Below, piece after piece: positions 30,601-38,618 of a DNA stretch of 64,000 nt (positions are counted from its first letter, which is position 1; every line of letters begins with the position of its first letter). Position numbers and translations under genes: made by a program. The notes beneath the pieces were generated by a model that was not told where the DNA came from, searched no databases, and was given only the letters and a program-made list of their open reading frames with translations. This DNA is from an uncultured Candidatus Saccharibacteria bacterium. GTDB lineage: Bacteria; Patescibacteriota; Minisyncoccia; 2-02-FULL-40-12; GWA2-44-9. The stretch is taken from positions 2,743-66,742 of the forward strand of contig CAYHIK010000004.1 of the NCBI GenBank assembly GCA_964356795.1, given 5' to 3'.

Positions 30601-32132
30601 AGTAAATGAATGCCTTTTCGCGAGCGCTCAGTTATATCAAGCGCGAGTTTCATATACGCGCTCTGGAGAAGTTCTGGCGCGATTTCGTATCGCACACCTG
30701 TCAGATGCTTCACATTCAACGCGAATTGAAGTGCTGGTGGATCAAATGATTCGTCGCTGAGCAAGGAGTAATACATGTCCTGAATCTGCATCGAGAAATC
30801 TGTGTACTCCATACGCACGCCCGACATACGCTCCAATTGCGGAATAATGGAGAGGACCTCTCGGCGGTTCTCATGTGAATCCCCTCGACACGCACTTAGG
30901 GTCAATTCCCAATACGCGAAGCGCATAAGCGACGGCAAGCGTTCCGTTTCTGTGTAGCGCTCCAATGCATTCATGACCCGCTTCATCGACGCGAGCATCG
31001 CTGAGTGTTGATGCTCGCGCCCACTGAAATAGCGCCAGCCACCTATAAATTCAATCATGGAAGCTTGCACCCCTGGATGCAGAAAGGATTCGGCATCACC
31101 TGCTTGAATTCCCGCAAAATCAAGAGGAGTGATTTCTGTGCCACCATACGGCGAGCGAGCAGCCTTATTAAGATACGAAATGTGATGATCAATCTTCGCA
31201 ATTTCTTGCTGGTCAGATGCACGCACCCGGAGAGCGCGGAATAGACGCACGAAGTCAGTCGCAATCGCATGCGTCCTATACCGATCCCCGTACTCACCTA
31301 CTTTGAGTTTATATGCGTGAAATAATTCTAGGATTGCATCGGCATCATGCGCTGATCCGATTCGCGTGAAGATAGTCCTAAACACCTCAGACGATGCAGG
31401 GCGAGCCATGACAGTATCGAGCGAAAAAAGATTCATAATACGCCCTGCGAGCGCAGGGGTTGCCATGTAGGGAACCATCCTGATGCACGTAGTGAGCCGG
31501 TCCACGTCCACGGCACCGGATTGAGCATATGCGATCACGTGCTCGAGTGCTTGAGCTCCGTTATCACGAAGTCGACGACGAAGCTCGACAATATACTCCG
31601 CTTCCCGATTCTCGCGTTCATGTCCCGCCCCGTAGTACTCATCACTGGGATCAATATAGGGGGGATCGTAGAAAGCCCGGTGGTCCACGCACGCCTGTAA
31701 GAGCTTGGCAACGCGCTCTCCCTCCTCTTCTTGCGTAGCGCGCTCAAGCTTTGCAGTGTCTCGACGACGCAAAGCCTCGCGCCCCCACTCAAAAACATCG
31801 AAATCATGTATATCATCGGGTACAAGCTCCGCAATAAGCTGACCCTCCATGGGATTGTCTGGATCGGTATCGGTAAGAATGACGACGCGATACGCTACAC
31901 CCTCCTTAAGTGCTTCGCCACCTGGAGGCGGTGTGTACGTAATAATCTTCCGGTCAGGCGCGCTACTCTTGTATATGACGCCTCCGTGCTTTGTGGTAAA
32001 TCGTCGGAATGTAACGTCAAGAAACACTCGCCCCTCCAGCCCAAGAGGGCTCACCTCATGTGATGGTTGAGATTCTGGCTGATGTTCTGTATGAGAGTGC
32101 CCCTGCGCGCCTTCTGTCATGCCTATTGACAA
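27573..32132 (-). CDS. Very large (1519 aa) hypothetical protein with internal about 60-aa tandem repeats
   Basis: Uninterrupted 4.56-kb ORF. Four repeats carry the [LV][TS]GIEP[DN]F motif at about aa 520-760; no P-loop, nuclease or TM motif seen; its 3' end overlaps the S51 peptidase gene by 37 bp. Confidence 0.6.
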   Translation of the reverse strand: MSIGMTEGAQGHSHTEHQPESQPSHEVSPLGLEGRVFLDVTFRRFTTKHGGVIYKSSAPDRKIITYTPPPGGEALKEGVAYRVVILTDTDPDNPMEGQLIAELVPDDIHDFDVFEWGREALRRRDTAKLERATQEEEGERVAKLLQACVDHRAFYDPPYIDPSDEYYGAGHERENREAEYIVELRRRLRDNGAQALEHVIAYAQSGAVDVDRLTTCIRMVPYMATPALAGRIMNLFSLDTVMARPASSEVFRTIFTRIGSAHDADAILELFHAYKLKVGEYGDRYRTHAIATDFVRLFRALRVRASDQQEIAKIDHHISYLNKAARSPYGGTEITPLDFAGIQAGDAESFLHPGVQASMIEFIGGWRYFSGREHQHSAMLASMKRVMNALERYTETERLPSLMRFAYWELTLSACRGDSHENRREVLSIIPQLERMSGVRMEYTDFSMQIQDMYYSLLSDESFDPPALQFALNVKHLTGVRYEIAPELLQSAYMKLALDITERSRKGIHLLQEITGIEPNFEAIEPAIQQQYEDIILQAEGLTYQYHYGRQLQLDAAVRLLEATAIRPRIEASKMHARYKTWLRSPNLRMTDVIRLAAELTGIEPDFSLYKDAIHERYSRLREGIRKEIPNTPQDLIALRDVSGIESDFSEKQVVELIISLCRFSSMPNPIDVVRRVTSIRPDFTKHSGEMQHAYIALIRGMRTLGFYPTLERLKAFHNVVSAGFASTDAEFETLATELFDRARGDGHIAGLLEVDQYVPSPELMTCIVGKIIAYELPGTKSNLLASAFGKLKLLGSRARIDSLGSAVLKSAYSDPGQAVAILKNLNDDTLSREYPDEMSLIRSAIQHDPFFGALSRIANIQGFAQNVANDPWTSEFIPLLKELTSSGVVRVENKDDMAMLVSFVELVGMRNTPALFRFYADCQRHRNLDSLSGESLEECSEFGIEARRKSGGWRFKDSLELFNAVYKSLGTMQSTMLKDEIPGGIESSLGEELFSRLKGTTQFERGDSVSDILDAYRKTVRLRPALAKLPIGFQEASMDIPLARQAREKSKDQSEALSAFLVSQEVVDVYEPLAEAWGDAGLFSVLDLLDSAHHRLLDEENTLRSLLASAPEEIEIAIRDEGDLKKKQELIRKSKALQNPRGRIGIERQAGALKEMSKNIQTILDVLYESEQGEPDIVAALESMAELDGPISLAKDIRALSAVHALQTMESTNWGDVVATLALWRDDEPTAERIYGVHALSKDYIEEHYLHHFQDPDHTEHTPFSPALLEKLNQVWLQKLDPRTGYLPITALKRKLDDILGVGTSQPVKSVSVSLVPVSGLLHIFSGDLGDSCHTSRHREIAEGEYPNLRTWVYASNRGKDNEELRGSVLAIMAKSKESKVPVLVVRANNPTENFIRTLDADAFVLSSLKEAIATARRMRAERMRAGGSVTLWDSHAVVAIPMDMRGMASTNRQPINDVYRARFKHCRPMGLVRTNETTFNSYMVHDKRGDTPAVVIWEMDADGNETWHGDWTLQKTT

Positions 32133-32239
32133 TTATGCTGTTATATGCTATACTTAATCCAGAATTTAGTGTAATTTCCGTACCGAGTCGCCGGGGGCAA
32201 AGCTACCTAGCCATGGAAGCGCCAACGGATCTCGGCCTA

Positions 32240-32263
32240 CCCCTCTTATATATAAGAGGGGTA
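32240..32263. terminator. Perfect 24-bp palindrome (bidirectional terminator-like)
   Basis: ACCCCTCTTATATATAAGAGGGGT. Confidence 0.5.
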
Positions 32264-32334
32264 TTTTGTATCTTGTCCTCCCCGAATCTAGATTAAGTAT
32301 ACCAAACAAAAAGAAAAACTACATTTGATGAATA

Positions 32335-32360
32335 AACCCCCGAGCATGCTCGGGGGTTTG
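32335..32360 (-). terminator. Rho-independent terminator of the PurA-like operon
   Basis: aaaccccc-gagcatgctc-gggggttt; the minus strand is followed by a T-rich tract. Confidence 0.6.
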
Positions 32361-32384
32361 GCTTATGGGAAAGCCGGAATTTCA

Positions 32385-33698
32385 CTACACACAGAAGCGT
32401 TTTTCATCTGCCGACGGACCCGCTGACTCGATACGAATCGGCACGCCCACTATGTGCGCCAACTCGTCCAGATACGCGGGCATATGTGACGCTGCATCCT
32501 CGTACACGGGCGCGACTCGCGTGAGGAGTGACGTCAGGTTCGATTGGTATTCGAGATCGGTGAGCTCCTGCTTCGGCGCAAGGTCAGTCTCCCGCCCCCA
32601 ATCAGGAATGTCGTAGGCAGTACAAATCTTCCGCGATGGCACAGATGCGAATCGATCCGTGTTCGTGATGACCAGCGCATCGATACCACGACTGACGGCA
32701 ATCGCATATCGCGCGAGCACTGCATCGAACCATCCAACCCTGAACCCACGTTGCCACTGATTCGATGTGTTACACGGGTCAGGAAGTTGATCGGTAAGGT
32801 GTTCACACTCCGTCGGGAATGGCCCAGCCCCGTGACGCGTGAAGTACGCGCGGAGCAGTCCATACTTCAGAACGTCGCCCGCGTAGCCGACCTCAGACAA
32901 GAGCGTCATCGCATTCGCCGGCGTTGTCGTGCTCCACGTCGTGTACGGATGAAATCCGTACCATTCATCGAGCAACACCCCCTGCGCACCCTCGAACACG
33001 AGATTCTGCCGTTCCGCAATTGTTCCAAGGTATGAGCCAGGAACAATCGTAAACGGCGATGCGTATTCATGCATCAACCGAGCAATCCGATCGGGAGCAT
33101 CGGCATCTTCGAATGCCTCGAGCGCATACTCCAATCGCTTATCCTCGACACCAACACCGACGATCTTCAGCCGGTCGCGAATCGCATACAGCTTCTCACG
33201 AAGCACCACTGGATACTTGAGATCACGCGCATGAATAGCAGTATCGGGAAATGCGATGCTATCGGCCATTGTCTCGCCGATACCCATCCCGCAACTGCCA
33301 TGGCGTCCATTGCCACGCAACGATTCACGAATCTGATTTGCATATGCGTGGAACGGCGTAATCACGAGCGCGCCTTCATCAATCGTCAGCCGCTCGAACA
33401 CGTTCGAGCATCCCGCCTCCTGCAACTCATGCGCCTCACTCACCAGCCCTGATGGCTCGACGAGCATGAACCGCGAAAGATGCGTCCGCACACTAGGCAT
33501 AAATGTCCCGCTCCCGAACTGCGAGAACACGTGCTCCCGACCGTCAGGCGTCACTACGCGATGCGCAGCCTGCGCACCTCCGTTGAATCGCACAACAGTG
33601 CCAACAGCGTGCATGCGACACAGGAAGTCAACAATCGTACCCTTTCCCGCATCTCCGAATCCAAGGTCAACGACAATCGTTGCCGTGTGATTATTCAT
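32385..33698 (-). CDS. Adenylosuccinate synthetase (PurA)-family protein, divergent
   Basis: GFGDAGKGTIVD (PurA QWGDEGKGK), RFNGGAQAAHRV (GGHNAGHT), FEGAQGVLLD, YTTWSTTT (SSNTT), GAGPFPTE. The IMP-loop GTTGRGIGP is replaced by GSCGMGIGE. Confidence 0.7.
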   Translation of the reverse strand: MNNHTATIVVDLGFGDAGKGTIVDFLCRMHAVGTVVRFNGGAQAAHRVVTPDGREHVFSQFGSGTFMPSVRTHLSRFMLVEPSGLVSEAHELQEAGCSNVFERLTIDEGALVITPFHAYANQIRESLRGNGRHGSCGMGIGETMADSIAFPDTAIHARDLKYPVVLREKLYAIRDRLKIVGVGVEDKRLEYALEAFEDADAPDRIARLMHEYASPFTIVPGSYLGTIAERQNLVFEGAQGVLLDEWYGFHPYTTWSTTTPANAMTLLSEVGYAGDVLKYGLLRAYFTRHGAGPFPTECEHLTDQLPDPCNTSNQWQRGFRVGWFDAVLARYAIAVSRGIDALVITNTDRFASVPSRKICTAYDIPDWGRETDLAPKQELTDLEYQSNLTSLLTRVAPVYEDAASHMPAYLDELAHIVGVPIRIESAGPSADEKRFCV

Positions 33699-33770
33699 AC
33701 GCGCCTCCGCGTGCAGAAAAAAAGAAATGGCGGTGCCCGAGTACCATATCGGACACCGCCAGAGAGCTAC

Positions 33771-34784
33771 CTAGATACGACTGACACCGCGACCCTTGCG
33801 GGAGTGCGCGGCAGGGAGAGTTCCCTTCGCCGTCTTCGCCGGCAGACCACCTGCGCCGATGTGAACCAGCGCGTTCTTCACGGTGGTAGCGTCGCGACCC
33901 GTGAGGCCGATGTCGCCAACGACCGCGTCGACGTCACGAGCGCTCTCGATCGAGTGAATGATGCCTGCGATGACTTCGCAGACGAGCGAGGAATCCTCCA
34001 CTCTCACGAAGCGTTCACCCAGCAACTTCTTCCACCGATTCTGGATGGTCGCATCGTTCGGATAGCCCCCATCGACTGAGAAGAGGTGGAACACTTCCCA
34101 CTGCTCCTTCACCCGTTCGAGGAGTGCCTCGACTGTTTCGTCTTTCTGAGCCGTCACACCGAAGATATCCTTCACTTCGCTTCGGGTGATCTTCGGCCAG
34201 AGCGATTCGTCGCCCATGGTGAAGAGGTACCCCTTCTTACCGCGCTTCTCGAACGAGTCGGTCGCCGTGTGGTACGCAGCGAAACGCCACGCCAGTCCGT
34301 ACGACTCCTGAACCTGACCACCACCACCGCCCTCGACGATGATGTTGCGCAGCTGTTCGTCGAATCGGTTGTCCGACTCGAACTGACCAACCTGGAACGG
34401 GTACTGGTCGCAATGCGAGTCGCCGATGGCGCCGACCAAGATCTGCGGATCCTTGATGCCAGCCTTCTCGCGAATGACGTCCATCAACTTGACCAACTTC
34501 GTCTGCAGGGTACGAGGGATTGCTCCCATCGAACCCGTCACGTCGAAGAGGATAGCGATGGGCAACGATTCGGGATGCTCGTCGCTGTCGCGACTCTCAC
34601 GAATCGGCTTGCCCGCCACCGGACTGGTCGGTCCAGCCACCTTCTTCGGGTCCAAGTCCGGATGGATTCCGTGCGCGACACCCGCGCGAATTCTCGCATC
34701 GTGGCCAAAGTCGGGCACACCGGTACTTCTCCGCGTCGTCGTTGCGCGCGCGTATGCGTCCGAGTCGAAGCTTCCACCGCCCAT
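33771..34784 (-). CDS. von Willebrand factor type A (vWA) domain protein
   Basis: MIDAS motif LPIAILFDVTGSMG (DxSxS) plus downstream Thr/Asp ligand positions; low-complexity N-terminus. Confidence 0.7.
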   Translation of the reverse strand: MGGGSFDSDAYARATTTRRSTGVPDFGHDARIRAGVAHGIHPDLDPKKVAGPTSPVAGKPIRESRDSDEHPESLPIAILFDVTGSMGAIPRTLQTKLVKLMDVIREKAGIKDPQILVGAIGDSHCDQYPFQVGQFESDNRFDEQLRNIIVEGGGGGQVQESYGLAWRFAAYHTATDSFEKRGKKGYLFTMGDESLWPKITRSEVKDIFGVTAQKDETVEALLERVKEQWEVFHLFSVDGGYPNDATIQNRWKKLLGERFVRVEDSSLVCEVIAGIIHSIESARDVDAVVGDIGLTGRDATTVKNALVHIGAGGLPAKTAKGTLPAAHSRKGRGVSRI

Positions 34785-34799
34785 GACACTACTCCTTGA

Positions 34800-35954
34800 T
34801 TATGATCCCGCGCTCGAATCCGGCACAACCATCGGCCGATATTCTCGCTTCCACTCCGTCCGGACGATGCGGGTAAACTCGTCCAGAAGGTCTCGCCCAT
34901 CAGTGGGCCTTTTCTGTGAATCTTCGTTGACGCATCGGATGATGCAGTCCGCCATGGCCGCAGGCGTACTCCGAGGAACCGTATTACGCTGCGTGTCGCC
35001 ACCCAAGAGCCATATCAGCGTCTTCCCGACCATGAACAAATCGGTGTGATGACTCGGCGACTTCTTATCGATAACTTCCGGCGGATACCAATCCTTCCAT
35101 CGATCGATCATCATGGTGATACGATCACCAGAATCACGATCAACCGCATGGAGCCAACCAATGTGCTGCGGTTCCCGTGTGATGGGGTGTACGAGCACAT
35201 GATCGGGAGTAATCGCCCCGTGAATGGCGTGTATCATGCGTGCGGCAATTGCCTGTGCAATCACGCGTCGCCCAACCCACGCAACTTCATTTGGCTCCAA
35301 TGACCTACTCAGTCGAGTACGAATATCCGCGAGTGACAGCATCCCATCGTAGGGAGTCATCACGATCGCTCGATATCGCCGACCGCCATCAACCACGCTG
35401 AACGCATCTCGAATCGGTGGAAGGTAGGGCAACAATTTCGGAAACTTCTCAAACCGCTTCAGGATCATAAGCTCATGATCGAACAGCGGATTGAACGTAG
35501 GATCGGCCGAAAGCTTGATGAGTACCGGCCCCGACGCACCCGTAATCTGTGTCGCACGGTAGAGCACCGAGAAGTCGCCCGAGTGATACGGAGTATGCTC
35601 GAGCCGATACGTGGCACTCGCAGACTGGAGAATTCCACCATCGTTCACGGCTGCACGTGATGCCGTCGGGGCAGCACCGACCCTAAACGGAGTAGCGTAT
35701 ACTCCATTATCCAGAGCGGCCTCCGCGGACTTCCATAATTCGTTCAGGCGCTGGAATACTTCTCCCGCGAGAGCGGCTGCATGAGCCGGAGCAACATCGG
35801 GGTGCACCTGCCGAGCAAGATAGCTAAAACTCTTACGGAGTTCGCGCTTTCGCTCGAGCACATCAACTCCAGGCACGGCACCGAAAATTGCTTCGAATGT
35901 CGTTGCCGTTCGCAGTACCAACGATACAGCCTCGATATCACTTACGGACGACAT
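34800..35954 (-). CDS. J-domain protein fused to a protein-kinase-like (probable pseudokinase) domain
   Basis: J-domain HPD motif in YLARQVHPDVAP; kinase-like VLIKL (beta3 Lys), catalytic-loop-like IHGAITPDHVLV (Asp to Ala) and WYPPE (APE-like). Confidence 0.5.
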   Translation of the reverse strand: MSSVSDIEAVSLVLRTATTFEAIFGAVPGVDVLERKRELRKSFSYLARQVHPDVAPAHAAALAGEVFQRLNELWKSAEAALDNGVYATPFRVGAAPTASRAAVNDGGILQSASATYRLEHTPYHSGDFSVLYRATQITGASGPVLIKLSADPTFNPLFDHELMILKRFEKFPKLLPYLPPIRDAFSVVDGGRRYRAIVMTPYDGMLSLADIRTRLSRSLEPNEVAWVGRRVIAQAIAARMIHAIHGAITPDHVLVHPITREPQHIGWLHAVDRDSGDRITMMIDRWKDWYPPEVIDKKSPSHHTDLFMVGKTLIWLLGGDTQRNTVPRSTPAAMADCIIRCVNEDSQKRPTDGRDLLDEFTRIVRTEWKREYRPMVVPDSSAGS

Positions 35955-36030
35955 AGCTCCCTCCGCTTTTGTGAGCGTGTCCCTTCAATTTTCAACGTCC
36001 TTGCCGCCACTCTACACCCTTCTTATTTAG

Positions 36031-36076
36031 TGTCAATAGTACACCTAACACCGTGTGCATAAGTGTACATTTGACA
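36031..36076. promoter_or_regulatory. Candidate operator: 14-bp inverted repeat TGTCAATAGTACAC-N18-GTGTACATTTGACA in the divergent promoter region
   Basis: 12 of 14 arm positions are complementary; lies between the divergent NrtR-like gene and the J-domain/vWA/PurA-like operon. Confidence 0.3.
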
Positions 36077-36106
36077 AGAAGTACCGAGGTGCGGTAGAGT
36101 TATAAT

Positions 36107-36802
36107 ATGCATCAAAAAGGCAATTTAGTCAAGAATCTTCGCTTTGCCACCATCGCTACCGACGTGGCCCTTTTTACGATTCATAATCAAGAATTATTGG
36201 TTCGCGTGATTCCCGTTCACCGCCCACCTCACTATCATAATGCTCGTGGCCTCCCCGGCGGGCTCATTCTCCCCCATGAAACAGCAGAAAATGCCGCACG
36301 AAGACTCCTCATCGAAAAAGGAGGCATCACATCGTCAGCGGTATACCTAGAGCAACTCGCGACATTCAGCGCACTCGATCGCGATCCACGCGGACGCGTT
36401 ATCGCAGTTGCACACATCGGACTTGTGTCATGGAGCGAACTCACCGATGCGGAGCGAAGTACAAGTGATGCCGCATGGGTTACCGCGCGCGAAGCGCGCA
36501 ACCTCGCCTATGACCATGATGAGATGCTCACGATGGCGCACGCACGACTCGCGTCTCGCATCGGATACTCCACGATTATCCGTGGCCTCATACCATCCGA
36601 ATTCACGCTCACCGAACTCGAGCAAGCCTATGAGTGCGTTCTTGGACGCCCCATGGACAAGCGCAATTTCCGGAAAAAAATATTGAAACTCGATATTATT
36701 CGACCCCTTCACCGCACCCGCCAAGGCGCGAAAGCACGTCCAGCGCAACTCTATGCATTCGCGAAGAACTCGATTCAGATGATCGATCTCTTCCGCACAT
36801 AA
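36107..36802 (+). CDS. Nudix hydrolase domain fused to a C-terminal winged-helix domain (NrtR-like transcriptional regulator)
   Basis: Nudix box GLPGGLILPHETAENAARRLLIEKGG; C-terminal about 80 aa basic helix-rich region as in NrtR. Confidence 0.6.
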   Translation: MHQKGNLVKNLRFATIATDVALFTIHNQELLVRVIPVHRPPHYHNARGLPGGLILPHETAENAARRLLIEKGGITSSAVYLEQLATFSALDRDPRGRVIAVAHIGLVSWSELTDAERSTSDAAWVTAREARNLAYDHDEMLTMAHARLASRIGYSTIIRGLIPSEFTLTELEQAYECVLGRPMDKRNFRKKILKLDIIRPLHRTRQGAKARPAQLYAFAKNSIQMIDLFRT

Positions 36803-36865
36803 TCAATCCGCTCAATAAAAAACCCGCTCGGAATGGCACGGTGCCAAACAAAGCGGGTGTCCTCA

Positions 36866-37384
36866 CTACTTACTGATCTTGACGGCAACCATGGAGCTCG
36901 GCACGCCGCGCTCCCAGAGGAGGTTACCCCAGACAGTCACCTTTCCGCGGGTGACACCGATTTTGACGCCATCCCCGAGAAACGTTTGATGGTAGTAACC
37001 AACGGTCCAGTCCTTGTACACCGTACAGTCACCAACGACGCGATACCACGTATCGCTCGCACCATGCTCTCGCATGACCGACAACGAAAAGCGGTTGCGT
37101 CCGAGCCACAGCGTCTCGGCGTATCGAGCGCCACCGCTCTCCACGCCGACATTCACGCCGAGCTCACTCCACGACGTGAGGGCCAGCGTTGGCCCCGCAT
37201 ACGCCTGTGCCCAATCCTGGTTGATCAGCGCGAACGATGACCACCCCAGCTTGCCACGCACCTTACCCGAGAGATACAGCTCGAATTCCGGACTTCCGCT
37301 GAGAAGCTTGAATTCGGCGAAATCTCCCGCGAACGCCGGCGTAGCCATGGACAACAGCAGAATCACCAACATGAGACGCTTCAT
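36866..37384 (-). CDS. Secreted hypothetical protein
   Basis: Start set at MKRLMLVILLLSMATPAFA (signal peptide); beta-rich. Confidence 0.4.
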   Translation of the reverse strand: MKRLMLVILLLSMATPAFAGDFAEFKLLSGSPEFELYLSGKVRGKLGWSSFALINQDWAQAYAGPTLALTSWSELGVNVGVESGGARYAETLWLGRNRFSLSVMREHGASDTWYRVVGDCTVYKDWTVGYYHQTFLGDGVKIGVTRGKVTVWGNLLWERGVPSSMVAVKISK

Positions 37385-37746
37385 ACTTCCTCCTCGCGGT
37401 CTGGATAGATGAGCTCTGCATCTTCGCCCATTTCGGCGTAGATGCATTCCTCGCCGATATCCTTGCACAGTGTGGCCAGAAATTCGCGAAGACGTGGCAC
37501 CTTCGTGCGACGCTCGTCCTCTTTGAACGCGACCCGGAATTCACGCAACTCGTCGTATTCGGCAGCACCTGAGCCGAAGTACCCGTAGATATTACCCGAT
37601 GCGCACGTGTACCCGCCAAATGTGCCTCGCAGAAAGTCGTGAACGACCTTCGCAACGGATTGGCGTGAAGCGCTGTACTTCGGGTTGTACACCTTTACCG
37701 ACGGGATGAGAAACAACGCCCGCTTTCCAAGACTCTCGACTCGCAT
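37381..37746 (-). CDS. Hypothetical protein
   Basis: 121-aa ORF, ATGA-coupled to the downstream gene. Confidence 0.3.
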   Translation of the reverse strand: MRVESLGKRALFLIPSVKVYNPKYSASRQSVAKVVHDFLRGTFGGYTCASGNIYGYFGSGAAEYDELREFRVAFKEDERRTKVPRLREFLATLCKDIGEECIYAEMGEDAELIYPDREEEV

Positions 37747-37848
37747 GCCTCACCTCAGTCAATATTATACCACAATAAATATTTATAGCAACTTCCCCGC
37801 AATAATCTCTTCATTGAAGATGCCGGGCCCAAGTGCTACGCTTGGCCC

Positions 37849-38601
37849 ATGGAATACCTCATCTACGCCGTGGTAGCGCTTGTACTCGCAAGCCTCCGGC
37901 AAATCAACCAGTATCAACGCGGAGTCCGCTTCACCATGGGACGCTACTCCGGCATCATGCACCCTGGATGGCGCATCGTATGGCCTATTTTCCAGACATA
38001 CCGAAAAGTCGATATTCGCGTCAAAGCAGTTGATGTGCCTGACCAGAAAGCAATTACGCGCGACAACGTATCGGTCACGGTAAACGCGGTGCTCTACTAC
38101 AAAGTCGCTGATGCAGCAAAGGCAACAATCGAAGTAGAAGATTTCCGCTATGCAATCTCACAGTACGCACAGACCACGATGCGCAACATCATCGGCGAGG
38201 CAACGCTCGATGAACTTCTCGCCGGTCGTGAACAGATCGCAGAACGCATCCGCGACATCGTCGATAAAGAAACGGACGAATGGGGGCTCAAGGTAAGCAA
38301 CGTTGAGCTCAAGGACGTATCACTCCCCGGAGACATGGAGCGCACGATTGCAAAACAAGCGGAAGCAGAACGTGAAAAGCGTGCCGTCATCATTAATTCA
38401 GAAGGAGAGCTTGGCGCAGCACAAAATATGGCAAAAGCTGCTGAAATTCTCTCTGCAGTACCGGGCGCACTCCACCTGCGCACACTACAGAGCATCAATG
38501 ACATCTCATCTGATCAATCCAACACGGTCGTATTCGCTGTCCCCCTCGAGACGCTCAAAGCGCTCTCCGGTTTCGTAGAAAAGATAAAGAAAGTCGAGTA
38601 G
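37849..38601 (+). CDS. SPFH/Band-7 (stomatin/HflC-like) family protein
   Basis: N-terminal TM; SPFH core VKAVDVPDQKAITRDNVSVTVNAVLYYKV; C-terminal coiled coil AKQAEAEREKRA. Confidence 0.8.
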   Translation: MEYLIYAVVALVLASLRQINQYQRGVRFTMGRYSGIMHPGWRIVWPIFQTYRKVDIRVKAVDVPDQKAITRDNVSVTVNAVLYYKVADAAKATIEVEDFRYAISQYAQTTMRNIIGEATLDELLAGREQIAERIRDIVDKETDEWGLKVSNVELKDVSLPGDMERTIAKQAEAEREKRAVIINSEGELGAAQNMAKAAEILSAVPGALHLRTLQSINDISSDQSNTVVFAVPLETLKALSGFVEKIKKVE

Positions 38602-38618
38602 CTTCGACATGGCGAAAT

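Noticed and set aside
32385-33698. Calling the PurA-like gene a phage-type PurZ
   Set aside because: Only pocket-loop substitutions were seen. Without a phylogeny or residue-level structural mapping the PurZ label is unjustified, so it is kept as a divergent PurA family member.
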